From the IMG/VR virus record IMGVR_UViG_3300029858_000327: a stretch of 64,000 bases of DNA; one strand, written 5' to 3'. The translations under genes and the position numbers were made by a program. Every line of letters begins with the position of its first letter. Positions within the stretch are counted from its first letter, which is position 1. This document shows, in pieces, positions 38,654 through 48,052 of the stretch. The notes below the pieces were generated by a model. The model was given only the letters and a program-made list of their open reading frames with translations, did no database searches and was not told the DNA's origin. The DNA is from a virus. Its lineage: Duplodnaviria; Heunggongvirae; Uroviricota; Caudoviricetes.

Positions 38654-38964
38654 CAGTAAATGACTACATATCACAGAAGTTTCAGACCTTCGGCATCAAC
38701 TTGTCGGAGGCTGACCTTTTGGAGATAAGTTTTTCTTCAGAAGTAAGCGGAGAGGATGAGATGGGCCCGTCAAACATCGGACTTGTTTCAGTGGCTATGG
38801 CGAAGTTCATCCCCTCTCTATTACTCCGTGCCACTTCCATCAGTGAGAACGGTTTCTCTATGTCATGGGATACAAAAGGCGTAAAGGAATACTATTCTTT
38901 CTTGTGCAAGAAGTATGGTCTTGAAGATACGTTAAGCGATAAACCTAAAGTCAGATTCCTATGA
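38650..38964 (+). CDS. head-tail connector / DNA-packaging protein (putative)
   Basis: 104 aa. Overlapping gene chain in the head-tail joining block. Confidence 0.3.
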   Translation: MTVNDYISQKFQTFGINLSEADLLEISFSSEVSGEDEMGPSNIGLVSVAMAKFIPSLLLRATSISENGFSMSWDTKGVKEYYSFLCKKYGLEDTLSDKPKVRFL

Positions 38965-39284
38965 TATTTGCTCCACATACATTACAGGTTAAGGTCTTTA
39001 CTCCGATGGAAACAGACGAGTTTGGCCGACCTATCCCCGGAACCGGTGGTGAAAGCTGGCAGGACGTGTGTAAATGCCGTTGTGATGATAACTCGACCAA
39101 GGAGTTTACTTCGGAGAACGGTGAGGTGTTCCGACCGAATTATCACGTAGTCTGTGAGAAGAAAATCTCACTGAGTGCTGGTGATGAAGTCAGATGTATG
39201 GACGGTGAGAATGTCCGTGGAACTGGCAAAGTTTACATGGTGAAGAATACAAACTATTTTGGTTACTCAGAGATATGGATGTGA
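38961..39284 (+). CDS. head-tail joining protein (putative)
   Basis: 107 aa. Confidence 0.3.
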   Translation: MIFAPHTLQVKVFTPMETDEFGRPIPGTGGESWQDVCKCRCDDNSTKEFTSENGEVFRPNYHVVCEKKISLSAGDEVRCMDGENVRGTGKVYMVKNTNYFGYSEIWM

Positions 39285-39571
39285 AGTTTGATTTTTCGGA
39301 CGTGGATAGCTTTTTCGAACAAGGTTATGCCGAGGTGAAAGCCGTTGAGGAGAAGGTTGGTAAAGAGGCTGTCGATTACGCTGTAAAGAATGGCAACTAT
39401 CAGAACCGGACTGGAACACTCCGTAAGTCAAATAAGTATTCAGTTGAGGATGACGGATTGGTGATTAGAAACGATGCTGAGTATGCCTCGCACGTCGAAT
39501 CTAAAGGCTATGAAGTATCAACTGGTGCGGCTCTATACGCTGAGAAACGATTGAAGGAGGAAGTCAAATGA
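39275..39571 (+). CDS. head-tail module protein, paralog of 47605..48051
   Basis: Shares YQNRTG.L...N and EYAS(H/Y)VESKG(Y/F)EV motifs with the 47605 ORF. Confidence 0.4.
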   Translation: MDVKFDFSDVDSFFEQGYAEVKAVEEKVGKEAVDYAVKNGNYQNRTGTLRKSNKYSVEDDGLVIRNDAEYASHVESKGYEVSTGAALYAEKRLKEEVK

Positions 39572-39960
39572 TAGTAACTACCGACATCGCGAACATACTC
39601 TACCGTGATTGCCAGCCTTTCGGTATTCCCATCGTTCCTCACGGCAAGAAGCTGACGGGCGAATTGAAATCCGAAAGGATTGTCATTCATGCCAAGAAAC
39701 AACAGCCAAGCAAATATTGGAAGAAATCTTTCGTAGAAGTGAACCTTTGTGTTCCCGACCTGAAAGACGGTGAAGCCAACACCATCCGTCTGAACGAGCT
39801 GGAGAAACAGGCGCAAGAATTGTTTGACGGAATAACCGGACGCTATGATGGTACCACCTATCATTATTCCATCGAGTCAATCGGAACTGAGGAGGACACA
39901 TCCTTAAAGTGTCACTATGTGAATGTAAGAATTTTGTTTGAAGTTTTAAATGTGAAATAA
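39568..39960 (+). CDS. tail completion / neck protein (putative)
   Basis: 130 aa. Confidence 0.3.
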   Translation: MIVTTDIANILYRDCQPFGIPIVPHGKKLTGELKSERIVIHAKKQQPSKYWKKSFVEVNLCVPDLKDGEANTIRLNELEKQAQELFDGITGRYDGTTYHYSIESIGTEEDTSLKCHYVNVRILFEVLNVK

Positions 39961-39961
39961 T

Positions 39962-40513
39962 ATGGCAGAATCAAAGAAAATCACCGCCGTGAATATCAAG
40001 AAACTTTGGTATGGCGAGACAAATGCTATCACAGCAGATTTGACTGGGCAGGCTTTATATACTCTTTTACAAGGTGAAACCTTAAAAGAGGTTAAGAATA
40101 TCCATCAGGATACATGGACACTTGAAGAAGCGGAAGCAAGCCGCACTAACTACAAGAACCAGCTTACCGGTCAGACTTATCGTAGTGATAAGGAAATGGG
40201 CGATGTAACCGTGAACTTCACCATTGGTGAGTACGACTATCCGACCAAGAAAGACCTCATGGGTGGTGATGTAATTAACACTGATAAGGGTTGGAAACGA
40301 GCAAGAGGCAAGGTAAACATTGAGAAGTTACTTGTCGCTTTGACTGACGATGACCAGTATTGTGTGATTCCCCGTGCTGACATCGGTGCACGTGAAGCCA
40401 CAACAGACAAGGCTGTCGGTATTCCTGTAAGTGCGGTGGAACTGGAACCACAAAATGCAGAAGTTGCACCGGAATACTGGTTTGACTCATCTGAAGTAAA
40501 AGCAGGTGCTTAA
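39962..40513 (+). CDS. major tail protein (putative)
   Basis: 183 aa, immediately before the chaperone-like gene. Confidence 0.4.
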   Translation: MAESKKITAVNIKKLWYGETNAITADLTGQALYTLLQGETLKEVKNIHQDTWTLEEAEASRTNYKNQLTGQTYRSDKEMGDVTVNFTIGEYDYPTKKDLMGGDVINTDKGWKRARGKVNIEKLLVALTDDDQYCVIPRADIGAREATTDKAVGIPVSAVELEPQNAEVAPEYWFDSSEVKAGA

Positions 40514-40596
40514 TGCCTATCCAATAGGTAGAGATTGAATTCCATAACAGGGGTGGGCTTTATGGCTTCACCCCTTAATTTTTATCTTTTATCAGA

Positions 40597-40980
40597 ATGA
40601 ATCAAGGAGCAAAAATAGTAACTGAATCCATTATCGGAAGTGATTTCAGAACGGTGTTTGTCGCTGGGAAAGCCTACACGGTCTACCCTCCTACTATCCA
40701 CAAGCTGGCCGGGGCAATCTCCCATTTGTCAGGCGTACAAGAAGCAGACAATTTGAAAGAAGTGCTTCTCTCCCTTGGAGAAAGCGAGGCTTACAGCAAG
40801 GCTCTCTCCTGGCTGATAGCTGGTGACGAAAACTTGAGTGAAGAACTGGCAAAAGGAACATACGAAGAAAACGTAAATGCTTTAGATGAAGCACTCTCTA
40901 TGATTGACTCAAAGGTTTTTCTCAAAGCTGTCAGCTTGGCGAGGAACGTAAGTCTGCTGGCAGCGAAACCGAGGTCGTAG
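40597..40980 (+). CDS. tail assembly chaperone (putative)
   Basis: 127 aa. Followed by a -1-frame ORF (40995..41177) that is open across the stop, the usual G/GT arrangement. Confidence 0.35.
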   Translation: MNQGAKIVTESIIGSDFRTVFVAGKAYTVYPPTIHKLAGAISHLSGVQEADNLKEVLLSLGESEAYSKALSWLIAGDENLSEELAKGTYEENVNALDEALSMIDSKVFLKAVSLARNVSLLAAKPRS

Positions 40981-41179
40981 GAAATGATACTCTCTTGGGA
41001 CAGATTGCATCGTTCATGGAAAATCTGCATCTGTCATACCGGGAAGTGGTCTATGAGATACCATACAGGAATTTAGTATTAATGCAGCGTGACAAGCTCC
41101 ATACAGTTACCGGTACCAAGGTTACAAAGGTGAAGGGTAAGGACATGGCTTCGCGCAGAAGAAGAAACAAGAAATAGAT

Positions 41180-41680
41180 ATGGCTACACTCATAATAAAA
41201 AATATACCTATTAGAATTGCATTATTCTGTAAAAATAATATTTTTGCGTTATCAAATATTATTTTTACACAAATGAGAAAATGCAAGTGGGTAATATATA
41301 CAGTTATTATAGGACTAATTCCCATATTCTTAAGGATAATTATGTGCCTGTTTTCACTTAATAAAGATTGGGAACAATTGATAAGTCCTGTGGATGTCGC
41401 GTTCTTTGGACTTACTTTAAATTTGACAAATTTAAACGAGTTAAATGGAGAAACAGAACTGACTCCAAAAGAAAAATCAACATTTATTGGTTATTCTGTT
41501 ATCTTCATTGTTATACTGTCAGCGATTGTTGGTGTATTATACTTTGCGGAACAAACAAAAGGATACATTGTTGATAAAACCGTTGTATTTGTTTGTTCGA
41601 TTTTATTATGCATAGTTTCTTACTTGTTTAGTAATGCTATTATGAACAAATTAAATTCTTTAGACAATGGGAACAATTGA
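41180..41680 (+). CDS. 4-TM integral membrane protein (island 2)
   Basis: 166 aa, four hydrophobic helices. AT-rich. Confidence 0.4.
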   Translation: MATLIIKNIPIRIALFCKNNIFALSNIIFTQMRKCKWVIYTVIIGLIPIFLRIIMCLFSLNKDWEQLISPVDVAFFGLTLNLTNLNELNGETELTPKEKSTFIGYSVIFIVILSAIVGVLYFAEQTKGYIVDKTVVFVCSILLCIVSYLFSNAIMNKLNSLDNGNN

Positions 41681-41811
41681 TATTATATTATTAGCATTGA
41701 CTATTATTGTTTGCCTGTCTGGAGGATATGTAGCAATTAAGTCAATTATGGAAAGCCGAAATAAGAGTATAAAACAATTTAATAAAAATAGAGAAGATCG
41801 AAGAAAGGAAT

Positions 41812-42753
41812 TTGAAAATGGATAATATTAAGTCATTTATTTATTTGGATGAATATAAAATGTACTCTATATCTTCCCAACTTTTTGAAGGATTAACAGA
41901 ATATATATTAAGTGGTGAAAAAGAATCCATCACAGAATCTGAACAACAAAAAGGTAGCTTGGGTAGTGGTAGAGTTATGGGAGATATTCTCGTCAAAGAA
42001 AAGGATTCTTCTGAAAAACGTTTTTTACATGATTATGCTTTTGAATTATTAGAAAAAGAATTAGAAGCAAGAGGAAAGTTATATACTCCATGTAATACTG
42101 ACACAATTGAAGATATTATTGATAAAAGCTTTATAAGAATTAAAGGAAAAATATTTTTCAATGACTACAAGGCTTCAACAGATACTTTGCTAAATTTTAA
42201 TACATTAGGTGAGGGACTTGGTTATATCCAATATTTTGACAATTCAGGAAAAGTAAAGGATGAATTAAAAGAACTAACAAATAAGGCTAAAGATAGAGAG
42301 CAAAGGAACAAAGTTGGGCTTCTAAAAAAAGAAATCGATAAAAGGTTTGAAGAATATTTAAAAGGTAATGGTTTAAGATTAGATGAGAAGTGGCTCGATC
42401 ATTTAAAAAATATCGTGTTATACGGCTATAAAAACAATCTTGAAATCTTACTCCCTGCTCCTAACAATATTTTATTTTCATCTGTACTAAATAGAGATTT
42501 TTTAAAAGAAAATATAGATTCATTGATATACAAGTATTCTAGAAAGAGCGAAGTTGAATTTACAATTATTGGTACTATTACACAAATAGGTAATAGTAGA
42601 GCAAATTTGGATGATGTTCATGGAGAGGGGAATGCGTTTAAATCAGCTAATCGAAATATCCTCAACATATTAGCAAAGTTGGAAGATTCCTTTACCAGTA
42701 GATTAGAAAATGAATGTATAATTGACCCAATAGCTATATATCGGGAGTTGTGA
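41812..42753 (+). CDS. hypothetical protein (island 2)
   Basis: 313 aa, AT-rich. Ends at a bidirectional terminator (AAAGCCGGATAATTTCCGGCTTT). Confidence 0.4.
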   Translation: MKMDNIKSFIYLDEYKMYSISSQLFEGLTEYILSGEKESITESEQQKGSLGSGRVMGDILVKEKDSSEKRFLHDYAFELLEKELEARGKLYTPCNTDTIEDIIDKSFIRIKGKIFFNDYKASTDTLLNFNTLGEGLGYIQYFDNSGKVKDELKELTNKAKDREQRNKVGLLKKEIDKRFEEYLKGNGLRLDEKWLDHLKNIVLYGYKNNLEILLPAPNNILFSSVLNRDFLKENIDSLIYKYSRKSEVEFTIIGTITQIGNSRANLDDVHGEGNAFKSANRNILNILAKLEDSFTSRLENECIIDPIAIYREL

Positions 42754-42788
42754 TTTTCCTTATTAATAAAGCCGGATAATTTCCGGCT

Positions 42789-43277
42789 TTATTTTGATTC
42801 CATTTCCATTATTGTACTTTTTATAGCATTTACGTGTTCTAAATGGCAGGCTCTTGATATTAGATGGATATAAATATGCCTATCTGCTTTAATTTCAATA
42901 GGCGTATTTATTATGTTGATAATACTATTTGATGATATATACTTATCAAACATTCTTGAGAATAGGAGACTTCTGAACTTTTGAGGCGTCAAAGCCTTAT
43001 CCCTTCTTGGAATATCATGCATATCATCACAATAAAAATACAATATAAGGTTATTGTTATCATTAAGAACTTTGCCTATGATATCTGATATTTTAAGCAA
43101 TATTCCAATATCGGTTGGATTCTCCCCTTTAACCCTCTCTAAGGTAACATCTGCTATTTCTATATCCCGAATTGATTTACGCACTTCACACGGAATTATA
43201 TCTTGGTTGAAAGGAGACAATATAATTCGATATTCATCATTCGATTTTGAACTAATAGAAATGGAAATTTCCTCCAT
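42789..43277 (-). CDS. hypothetical protein (island 2)
   Basis: 162 aa. Confidence 0.4.
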   Translation of the reverse strand: MEEISISISSKSNDEYRIILSPFNQDIIPCEVRKSIRDIEIADVTLERVKGENPTDIGILLKISDIIGKVLNDNNNLILYFYCDDMHDIPRRDKALTPQKFRSLLFSRMFDKYISSNSIINIINTPIEIKADRHIYIHLISRACHLEHVNAIKSTIMEMESK

Positions 43278-43286
43278 CTAAAAAAA

Positions 43287-43496
43287 TTATGCTTTTATTT
43301 CGATATTAAATGCTTTTTGATTGCGCAATTTTTCTTGCTGAGATAATTTCCTGTCTCTCAGTTGATTTATAAAGTTTAATAAGCCCTTAGAAGGTTTCTC
43401 TATTATCAATGTCTCTTGTGTATAAGTAGAAGTTTTCATATCCAGTAATGTAACTTTGTTACGAAATGATGTTGCAAATATAACAATAAACATCAA
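43287..43496 (-). CDS. hypothetical small protein (island 2)
   Basis: 69 aa or shorter from an internal Met. Confidence 0.25.
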   Translation of the reverse strand: MMFIVIFATSFRNKVTLLDMKTSTYTQETLIIEKPSKGLLNFINQLRDRKLSQQEKLRNQKAFNIEIKA

Positions 43497-43705
43497 ACAA
43501 TAGCATTATTATGAGTAGCAACATTATGATTTTAACTATTATTACTAATAATATTATCATCAATAGCAATATTAGTTCTAATAAGATGTACTTTATGGTT
43601 TATAAAGTTTAATGAAGAAGACAGTAATAGAGAAAGTGTTTTTATTCTTTATCTCATTATAAAAAATAAATTAACCCCGAACCTCAAGGAACGGGGATGG
43701 AACGG

Positions 43706-44059
43706 TTATTTATAGTATATAATTTTATAATCATTCAGTTCAGATAAACTATTAGAATCATATACAACTAACTTCCCTTTTATTAAAAGTATTACTTCAT
43801 TATCCATCAATTTGGGAACTAAACTTTGTGCCATATTTTTCTCCTCTTCTGAAACATCTTTTCCCCATGTTCCTTTTAAAAGGTTAATGGCATTTTCATT
43901 AGGAATTTTATTGTGTTTAGCTATTGTTTTCTGCTGGATTTCTTTTTCAATAATGCTCCTTATCCTGCTAATGTCGTTTGTCATTCCCCATATTTTGAAG
44001 AATAGGATAATTTGTAAGATGCCGAATACCAGCATAACAATAGAAAGAAATTCCATCAT
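43706..44059 (-). CDS. small N-terminal-TM protein (paralog of 26882..27295)
   Basis: Shared TM motif ILQIILFFKIWGMTND. Confidence 0.45.
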   Translation of the reverse strand: MMEFLSIVMLVFGILQIILFFKIWGMTNDISRIRSIIEKEIQQKTIAKHNKIPNENAINLLKGTWGKDVSEEEKNMAQSLVPKLMDNEVILLIKGKLVVYDSNSLSELNDYKIIYYK

Positions 44060-44078
44060 AGTCTTTCGTTTTTAATGA

Positions 44079-44324
44079 TTATACATTCGGATTCAATTTT
44101 ATCTCCTTTCCGCAATGAGGGCAATGTATAACCCCCTCTTTAGGTTTTTCAAAGAGTTCTGTTACTGGCACGCCTAAAGCAGCGGCGATTTGTTCTAATC
44201 TCTTTAATGGTGGGTTTCCATTATCTCCCATGGCGATACTTAACCCAGTTTCAGTCATACCGATTTTTGAAGCCAGTTCTTTTGCGGTAATTCCTTTTTC
44301 TCGCAACAATTCTTTAATTCTCAT
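44079..44324 (-). CDS. XRE-family HTH regulator with C-terminal zinc ribbon
   Basis: HTH ITAKELASKIG. CPHCGKEIKLNP is identical to the 27313 paralog. Confidence 0.6.
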   Translation of the reverse strand: MRIKELLREKGITAKELASKIGMTETGLSIAMGDNGNPPLKRLEQIAAALGVPVTELFEKPKEGVIHCPHCGKEIKLNPNV

Positions 44325-44503
44325 TTAAATTTGATTTTATAGTACAAAAATATCTATTACTTAAATAATAGGCAAATAATTTAAATGTCAATTTTATATT
44401 TAACTTTTATTGTCTATAAAGACTTGTGATATAATTTAAATATCAGTTATATTTGCGGTGTAAAATTTAAACAGCATTTAAAGAACTGATAAATATAAGA
44501 ACT

Positions 44504-44830
44504 ATGGCAACAGAAAAGAGAAACCTATTAAAAGAGATTATGAGCCTTGCTTGGTCATTTGCACGCAAGAACGGTTATTCAATGAGTGAAGCTTTGAAAT
44601 GTGCGTGGACTAATATCAAACTTCGTGCATTGCTTCATAAAAAAGTGGTTGAGTTCTATTTCAAAAAAACAGACGGCACGCTGCGTCAGGCTTTCGGTAC
44701 TTTAATGAGTGGTAGAATACCAGAAACAAAGGGTACAAAGAAAACAGCAGATAACTGCCAAGTGTACTTCGATTGTGAAAAAGAAGAATGGCGTTGTTTC
44801 AAAAAATGCAACCTTATGAAGATAGCTTAG
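44504..44830 (+). CDS. hypothetical protein (paralog of 3409..3729)
   Basis: See 3409. Confidence 0.5.
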   Translation: MATEKRNLLKEIMSLAWSFARKNGYSMSEALKCAWTNIKLRALLHKKVVEFYFKKTDGTLRQAFGTLMSGRIPETKGTKKTADNCQVYFDCEKEEWRCFKKCNLMKIA

Positions 44831-44854
44831 TATTAACATTAAAACAATATAGAT

Positions 44855-45211
44855 ATGGATTTTTCAGAACTTAGTAAAAAAATGGGTGGTCTTACTGCAG
44901 AGCAAATTTTTGAGTTAGCCACACTTGGTAAAGGTATTTTAAACATGTATGGCAGTGTAGACTTGGCTTCTAACCTAACTAACCTTGTAAGCCATATAAT
45001 TACAGTTGATGATTTTGATATCGAAGAAAATAAGTATGCGATTGATGCTGTTTTACGTATATCAAAAATGCTGTCAGATTTAAACGCAAAATGTTGGGGT
45101 GAGCGAAAAACAATGCTCGGACTTACTGGCGTACATATGGATAATGCAATCTATGGATTAGGTAATGCAGAAAAGATAGAAGATATAAATCTAGTCAGAA
45201 AAGCATCATAA
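44855..45211 (+). CDS. hypothetical protein
   Basis: 118 aa. Confidence 0.35.
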   Translation: MDFSELSKKMGGLTAEQIFELATLGKGILNMYGSVDLASNLTNLVSHIITVDDFDIEENKYAIDAVLRISKMLSDLNAKCWGERKTMLGLTGVHMDNAIYGLGNAEKIEDINLVRKAS

Positions 45212-45735
45212 AAACTCTCACACACGATTATGATTCTTAGAATAAGACCGCCACCTTATTGTCAATAGCGAGAATTTAATAATATCATTAACTTAAAAGT
45301 TTCATTATGAGCAAGAGATTTAAACTAGCAGTATTGCCTAAAGAAAAGCAACTGGATAATGTCAAGTATGCTTTGAGAATTGAAAATCCATCTGCACTAG
45401 GTAATGTATATGGATTAACAGAAGAAGAACTAAAAGAACTTCAAAGTCTTATTAATGAGTCATTGAAACAGTAAAAATGGATATAACGGTTATCAGACCA
45501 CCACCGATAATTTACCTGCACACAATTATTTTGAAACAATCAGCCAAATGTTTGTTCTAAACACGGTAATCTTTAGGACAAATATTTGGCGGTTGGTAAC
45601 TTTGCTTTAGAACAAAATGCGCTTCGTGGCTGTAGCGTTACAAAGATATTCAAGGCATTTCTTTCAAGGGGTAAACAGCCACTTTAGACCTCTTATAAGA
45701 TTTGCCTTTTTATATGTCAGGCGTGATAGGTCAAG

Positions 45736-45779
45736 GCAAGCCATTCAGGTGTGCATGGGTTCAAATCCCAGCTTGCTAC
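45736..45779 (+). other. tRNA-like minihelix (acceptor stem plus T-arm only)
   Basis: GCAAGC-CATTCAGGTGTGC-ATGGG-TTCAAAT-CCCA-GCTTGC then TACA. A canonical T-loop closed directly by a 6-bp acceptor-like stem. No D-arm or anticodon arm. Confidence 0.3.
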
Positions 45780-45864
45780 AAATTCAGTCAAAATAAAATC
45801 CCCAAAGGCGGAAGTGACTGAGCTGCCAATGGGGATATGTCAAATTTCAAATTTGGACAAAAAT

Positions 45865-46653
45865 ATGAATAAAATCCAGATTTTCCAAAATGAGCAATTT
45901 GGAAAGGTGAGAATTACTATGAATGAGAATGATGAACCGTTATTTTGCTTGGCAGATGTAGCAAAAGCACTTGGCTATTCAAACCCTGCAAAAGCGGTTA
46001 TAGACCATTGCAAGGGGGTTACTGTTTTGGAAACCCCTACTCAGAGTGGTATACAACCTATAAAATATGGCAAAGAGAGCGAAGTTTATAGATTAACAAT
46101 GAAATCAAAACTGCCCAATGCAGAAAAATTTCAAGATTGGGTTTGTGATGAAGTTCTACCCTCAATTCGCAAGCATGGTGCATACATGACACAAGAAACG
46201 CTTGAAAAGGCTTTGACCTCACCTGATTTCTTAATTCGGCTTGCAACCAACCTGAAAGAAGAAAAGCAGAAACGAATTGAAGCCGAACAAAAGGCAGAAC
46301 TTGCAGAACAAACAATAAAGTCCAATGCACCTAAAGTCCTATTTGCTGATGCAGTTTCAACTTCTCAACGTTCATGCTTGGTAGCCGAGCTTGCAAAGAT
46401 ATTGCAACAGAATGGCGTGAATATAGGTCAGAACCGTTTGTTCACTTGGATGCGTGAAAATGGCTACTTATGCTCAAAAGGGCAATATTACAACCAGCCC
46501 ACACAAAAGTCTATGGATTTAGGACTGTTTGAACTGAAGCAGACGACAATAAACAAGCCAGATGGTTCAATACTTGTTTCTACAACCACAAAAGTAACAG
46601 GTAAAGGTCAAGTTTACTTTGTGAATAAGTTTTTGGGTAAAGATGCAGCTTGA
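45865..46653 (+). CDS. antirepressor (Bro-N domain plus KilA-C/Ant C-terminal domain)
   Basis: IFQNEQFGKVRI...PLFCLADVAKALGYSNP is Bro-N. Start moved to 45865 because the upstream in-frame extension overlaps the tRNA-like element. Confidence 0.6.
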   Translation: MNKIQIFQNEQFGKVRITMNENDEPLFCLADVAKALGYSNPAKAVIDHCKGVTVLETPTQSGIQPIKYGKESEVYRLTMKSKLPNAEKFQDWVCDEVLPSIRKHGAYMTQETLEKALTSPDFLIRLATNLKEEKQKRIEAEQKAELAEQTIKSNAPKVLFADAVSTSQRSCLVAELAKILQQNGVNIGQNRLFTWMRENGYLCSKGQYYNQPTQKSMDLGLFELKQTTINKPDGSILVSTTTKVTGKGQVYFVNKFLGKDAA

Positions 46654-47558
46654 TTATGAGAGAAGCATTTAAAATAACGGCAGGTTTGCGATTTGGCAGA
46701 CTTGTCGTTCTAAAACAGGTAGAACGAAAATCTGATGATAAAGACAAGCATTTCAAGTGGCTTTGCCAATGCGATTGCGGCAAAACTTGTGTTGTTCGTT
46801 CAAGTAATTTGAGAAATGGGATAACAAAGAGTTGTGGGTGTTCAAAGTTTGATATAAAAGATATTACAGGTCAAAGGTTTGGAAGATTGATAGCTTTAAA
46901 ACACGTTGGATTCGCAAGTAATCATGTTGCATTATGGAAATGTAAATGCGATTGCGGTAAGATGATAGTCGCCAGAGAATGCAATTTACATAGTGGCATA
47001 ACTAAAAGTTGTGGCTGCTTAAATGTGGAAAGAACAAAAGAAACTAATATAAAACACGGTAAAACACATACAAGGCTGTATAATATATGGTCTAAGATGA
47101 AAGAACGCTGTTGCAATCCTACAAGAAAAGCATATAAAAATTATGGTAAAAAAGGTGTTAGTGTTTGTGATGAATGGCTAAACGATTTTCAGAAGTTTTG
47201 CGATTGGGCAATAGTAAACGGTTATAAAGAAAATCTTACAATAGACAGAATAAATTCAGATGGCAATTATGAGCCTAAGAATTGCAGATGGGTAACTTTA
47301 AGTGAAAATGTAAGGCAGAAATATAAATCTGACTTTATAACTGTTGGCAATAAATCTTTAACTATACATGATTGGTCGCAACGGTTAAATCTATCTCAAG
47401 ATACTTTGCGAAACAGATATAAAGAATTTGGCAAAAAATGGGTTGAAGAAGCGATAAAAACTGTATTAGAAACAGGTGATAATAGCCATATCTATAAGCG
47501 GAAAGAATATGCTAATGGTAGAATAAAACATCGAAAAAACATAAATACGCAACAATAG
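46650..47558 (+). CDS. HNH-like homing endonuclease with duplicated Cys-rich N-terminal modules
   Basis: Two copies of GRL..LK...W.C.CDCGK.....N...GITKSCGC. C-terminus TIDRINSDGNYEPKNCRWVTLSEN is an HNH_3-like box with His replaced by Arg. Confidence 0.45.
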   Translation: MIMREAFKITAGLRFGRLVVLKQVERKSDDKDKHFKWLCQCDCGKTCVVRSSNLRNGITKSCGCSKFDIKDITGQRFGRLIALKHVGFASNHVALWKCKCDCGKMIVARECNLHSGITKSCGCLNVERTKETNIKHGKTHTRLYNIWSKMKERCCNPTRKAYKNYGKKGVSVCDEWLNDFQKFCDWAIVNGYKENLTIDRINSDGNYEPKNCRWVTLSENVRQKYKSDFITVGNKSLTIHDWSQRLNLSQDTLRNRYKEFGKKWVEEAIKTVLETGDNSHIYKRKEYANGRIKHRKNINTQQ

Positions 47559-47604
47559 TTTATTTGTTCGGTATTCATTCCTCTAAAATCTGAATGTTAA
47601 TGAA

Positions 47605-48051
47605 ATGAATAGTAATTTCAAACCATTAATATTCAGATTTTTATATATGCGATTTAAGGGTGATATTTCAGGATTGGACGAACTTCAGGAACGGATTGAC
47701 GATGCGTACTTCTCTGTTCTTTCAGAAGTTGGCAGGAATGCGACACGGAACGCAAAGAATCAAAAGACATTTCAAAACAGGACAGGGAACCTTGCCAATG
47801 CAAACGGTGGGTGCGTTGTCCGCAATGGTCAGATTGTGGATATGTGGGTGGAAACGGACGGCTCCCATCCCGATGCAGTGAAGAAAACAGAGAATTTGCT
47901 TATCTATTCTGAAAAGCCCAAAGACGGACTTTATTTGGCCAATGGAATGGAATATGCGAGCTATGTGGAAAGTAAAGGGTTTGAAGTGATACTAACAAAT
48001 GGGGTCTTATTTGCGGAACGAAATATTAATAAGAAACTTAATATAAAATGA
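47605..48051 (+). CDS. structural-module protein, paralog of 39275..39571
   Basis: See 39275. Confidence 0.4.
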   Translation: MNSNFKPLIFRFLYMRFKGDISGLDELQERIDDAYFSVLSEVGRNATRNAKNQKTFQNRTGNLANANGGCVVRNGQIVDMWVETDGSHPDAVKKTENLLIYSEKPKDGLYLANGMEYASYVESKGFEVILTNGVLFAERNINKKLNIK

Positions 48052-48052
48052 T

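Noticed and set aside
45751-45864. N-terminal extension of the antirepressor ORF (MHGFKSQL...)
   Set aside because: It is translated from the tRNA-like T-arm/acceptor sequence. The Bro-N domain begins right after the ATG at 45865.
41180-48052. Second complete prophage or a phage satellite (PICI-like) inserted in the tail module
   Set aside because: No second integrase, replication, terminase or capsid gene set is present. Only regulatory, antirepressor, HNH and unknown cargo genes are. An accessory insertion or recombination patch is more parsimonious.
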